Assembly (NCBI GenBank): GCA_963779415.1
Contig: CAVZYA010000002.1
Location: 1,568,001-1,632,000, forward strand
Source of the DNA: an uncultured Acidobacteriota bacterium
Lineage (GTDB): Bacteria; Acidobacteriota; Thermoanaerobaculia; UBA5066
Direction of reading: 5' to 3'
Length of the DNA: 64,000 nucleotides
Positions 61,712 to 64,000 of the stretch are shown piece after piece. The first letter of the stretch is position 1. Every line of letters begins with the position of its first letter. The notes beneath the pieces were generated by a model. The model saw only the letters and a list, made by a program, of their open reading frames with translations, was not told the DNA's origin and did no database searches. The translations under genes were made by a program, and so were the position numbers.

Positions 61712-62266
61712 GTGCAGCGCGCCCTCGCGCTTCTTCTTGCGGCGGCTCTCGGGGTCGCGGGCTGCTCGTCGGGGAACCGGGCCGAAAAGCAGGCTTTTTT
61801 CGCGGCGGGGCGGGAGGTGAAGCTGAAGCAGTCACCCCCGACGAACGAGGAGCTCCGGAAGGACGTGGACCTCTTCCTCGAGAACGACCTTCTCCTGACC
61901 TTCGACAAGGCGAAGGTGCGGGAACGGAAGGAGGCTTCGACGCTCCGGATCGTCTTCGTCGGGGGGATGGCCGCGGTCGTGGTCGGCGCGACGGCGGGAA
62001 GCCTGAAGGGGAACGGCGGCGCGCAGGCGGCGGTCATCGGCACGGGCGCTGCGGCGATGGCACTCGCCGCCGTCCGGTACTTCGGCCCGGTGAAGGACCT
62101 CCACGAGTGCCAGGAATTCCTCTCCCTGAAAGGCGCGCAGCTCAAGGGGTGGGAGGCGCGGAAATTGAACGATTCCGCCGAGCCGGTTCCCGCGAACGCG
62201 TGGAGGGAATACGTCGATCTCGTGACCGAGATCCAGCTTCACCCGACCTGCCTCGCCGTTCGCTGA
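61712..62266 (+). CDS. Lipoprotein
   Basis: Lipobox VAGC; AAGGA RBS. Confidence 0.65.
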   Translation: MQRALALLLAAALGVAGCSSGNRAEKQAFFAAGREVKLKQSPPTNEELRKDVDLFLENDLLLTFDKAKVRERKEASTLRIVFVGGMAAVVVGATAGSLKGNGGAQAAVIGTGAAAMALAAVRYFGPVKDLHECQEFLSLKGAQLKGWEARKLNDSAEPVPANAWREYVDLVTEIQLHPTCLAVR

Positions 62267-62288
62267 AGACGATCGCGCCGGCGGCCTG

Positions 62289-62684
62289 TCAGAGGACGAG
62301 GAAGGTGTCGCTTCTCCGGAGGGCGAGGTCGAAGGTGGCGGTCCGGTGGCACCCGGCTCTCCGGTTCCGAAGTCCGATCAGGTAGTCGGCGAAGCCGCCT
62401 TTTCCCCTCGAGAACTCCTCCACCGCCTCGCGAACGAGATCCCGGTCCTCGACGGTGAACTCGACCGTCTGGAGAATCTGCCCGAGCGTCGACACGAACG
62501 TCTTCCGGTCGAACCCGTAGCTGAAGGCCAGGACCCACGACAGCTCGCAGAGAACGACGACACTGATGTAGGCCGTCTCGCCGGTGCGCTCCAGCCGCCT
62601 GAGAAGCCGCCGCGCCGCGCGAAACTGGGTCTCGTCGTCTCTCGTCAGGTACCGGACGAGAACGTTTGTGTCGAGCCCCGTCAC
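62289..62684 (-). CDS. vapC: PIN-domain toxin VapC
   Basis: LDTNVLVR, E, FADYLI, TFD. Confidence 0.9.
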   Translation of the reverse strand: MTGLDTNVLVRYLTRDDETQFRAARRLLRRLERTGETAYISVVVLCELSWVLAFSYGFDRKTFVSTLGQILQTVEFTVEDRDLVREAVEEFSRGKGGFADYLIGLRNRRAGCHRTATFDLALRRSDTFLVL

Positions 62685-62935
62685 TTGATCCGGGTCGTCC
62701 CCGTGCGGCCCCTTGCGATCGCGGCATCCATGTCTCGCTCGCTCACACGCCGCTGCCCTTTCCTCCGGAGGATTCCGGCGAGCGCGCCGACGTGGATCTT
62801 CCGCGCCTCGACCCGGAAAGTCCCGTCAGCCTCCTTCAGGAAGTCGAGAAGGTCGCCGGCCTCGACCGCGAGAGCCTCCCGGACCTCCTTCGGAATCGTC
62901 AGCTGTCCCTTCGACGTCAGCGTCGCCGTCGGCAT
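62681..62935 (-). CDS. AbrB/MazE-type antitoxin
   Basis: MPTATLTSKGQLTIPKEVREAL; GTGA overlap with vapC. Confidence 0.9.
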   Translation of the reverse strand: MPTATLTSKGQLTIPKEVREALAVEAGDLLDFLKEADGTFRVEARKIHVGALAGILRRKGQRRVSERDMDAAIARGRTGTTRIK

Positions 62936-63308
62936 TGGCCTTCTCCTTACCCCGCTCCTTACTCTACCACGGCGCCGTCCCGAAAGCCTCCTTCCCGGAC
63001 GAACCACAGCCGCGGGAACTCTGTCGCTCACGCGGCGCCGCGTGTTTCCGGCGTCGCGTCGGCGTCCCTGCCCTTCCTGAATTTCGATTTTGCAGACCTC
63101 TCGGCGGGGCCTCCGGAGCCTCCCGGCCGTCCACGACGTCACTATCTCAATCAGTCCCAGCAGCCCGTGAGCTCAGCTGCGGGAAGGTGCCGGCACGCGG
63201 AGAAAGCTCTGGGAGGTCTGGTAGCCGTGCCCGCAATTTCGCCGTGGTCGAAGGAGGAGACGGAAACGTGAATGGCAAGCGGGGCGGGCGGCTCCCGAAG
63301 AAGATCCC

Positions 63309-64000
63309 TCACCGCAACGACTCCATGATCGCCTCCAGCGCCTCTCGCGACGGGCGGAGGCGCTCCATCGGCAGGTCGTGGAGCGGCTCGTCGACGAGAC
63401 CGAGGAGGTCGGGGAGGGAGGGCTTCTTCGGGTCGACGTAGAGGATTCCGGTCAGGATCTCGCCCGTCCCGTGGCTCTCGTGGATCGCCGCGAGCGCCGC
63501 GTCCCGGTCGGTCGGGTCGTAGTCGCGCCCGACGCCGCGGAACCGGAGCGTCGAGCCGTCGGGAAAGGCCACGTCCTTCGAACCGCCCTCCGGAATCTCC
63601 GCCAGCGTCTGCTCGAAGAACGGCACGAAGCCGATCTCGTGGACCGGCGTCTCGTGCTCCTTCGACCACTTGTAGCTCTTCGTCGACCCCTCGTGGTCGT
63701 TGAAGGTGACGCAGGGGGAGATGACGTCGATGACGGAGGTTCCGCGGTGGGCGATCGCGGCCTCGAGGATCGTCTGGAGCTGCTTCATGTCGCCGGAGAA
63801 CGAACGCGCCACGAAGCCCCCCCCCAGCTCGATGGCGAGCGAGCAGCAGTCGATCGGGACGTACTCGTTCCGGGCCCCGTTCTTCTGCTTCGCGCCGACG
63901 TCCGCCGTGGCGGAGAACTGTCCCTTGGTGAGTCCGTAGACGCCGTTGTCCTCGACGATGTAGACGAGCGGGATGTTCCGCCGGACGAGGTGGACGAACT
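63309..64000 (-). CDS. 2-oxoacid:ferredoxin oxidoreductase beta subunit, 3' part
   Basis: EDNGVYGLTKGQFSATAD, FVARSFSGD, DVISPCVTFN. Confidence 0.9.
   Translation of the reverse strand, partial: FVHLVRRNIPLVYIVEDNGVYGLTKGQFSATADVGAKQKNGARNEYVPIDCCSLAIELGGGFVARSFSGDMKQLQTILEAAIAHRGTSVIDVISPCVTFNDHEGSTKSYKWSKEHETPVHEIGFVPFFEQTLAEIPEGGSKDVAFPDGSTLRFRGVGRDYDPTDRDAALAAIHESHGTGEILTGILYVDPKKPSLPDLLGLVDEPLHDLPMERLRPSREALEAIMESLR

Noticed and set aside
62936-63308. Structured ncRNA or riboswitch upstream of vapBC
   Set aside because: Some hairpins are present but no family motif is recognisable; hairpins are expected at this GC content

Overview
High-GC bacterial chromosome segment; the gene content suggests Acidobacteriota (Thermoanaerobaculia-like), which is an inference. 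Many single-base indels, probably long-read errors, cluster in 33-45 kb. Two loci stand out. (1) A chromosomal integron (about 10-25 kb) whose intI (23937-24902, -) is co-oriented with, and upstream of, its minus-strand cassette array, and lies just downstream of imuA-imuB with no dnaE2. One attC carries an IS1111-type (IS110 family) element whose 3' non-coding end contains readable target and donor guide matches (bridge/seekRNA). The next attC carries an IS3-family element with non-canonical GG...CC ends, no target duplication and a missing attC arm. attC sites decay with distance from attI until cassette-like genes have none. (2) A minus-strand operon (32.8-42 kb) encoding an FAD/2Fe-2S reductase, a His-rich membrane protein, a giant exported cytochrome c with about 72 CxxCH motifs (manual count) and an outer-membrane beta-barrel: a candidate NAD(P)H-to-exterior electron conduit, convergent with etfBA and a FadF-like oxidoreductase. 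The rest is mostly housekeeping: ychF, ECF sigma, tRNA-Gly, rfbA, ABC exporter pair, copA, vapBC and a partial 2-oxoacid:ferredoxin oxidoreductase beta subunit.
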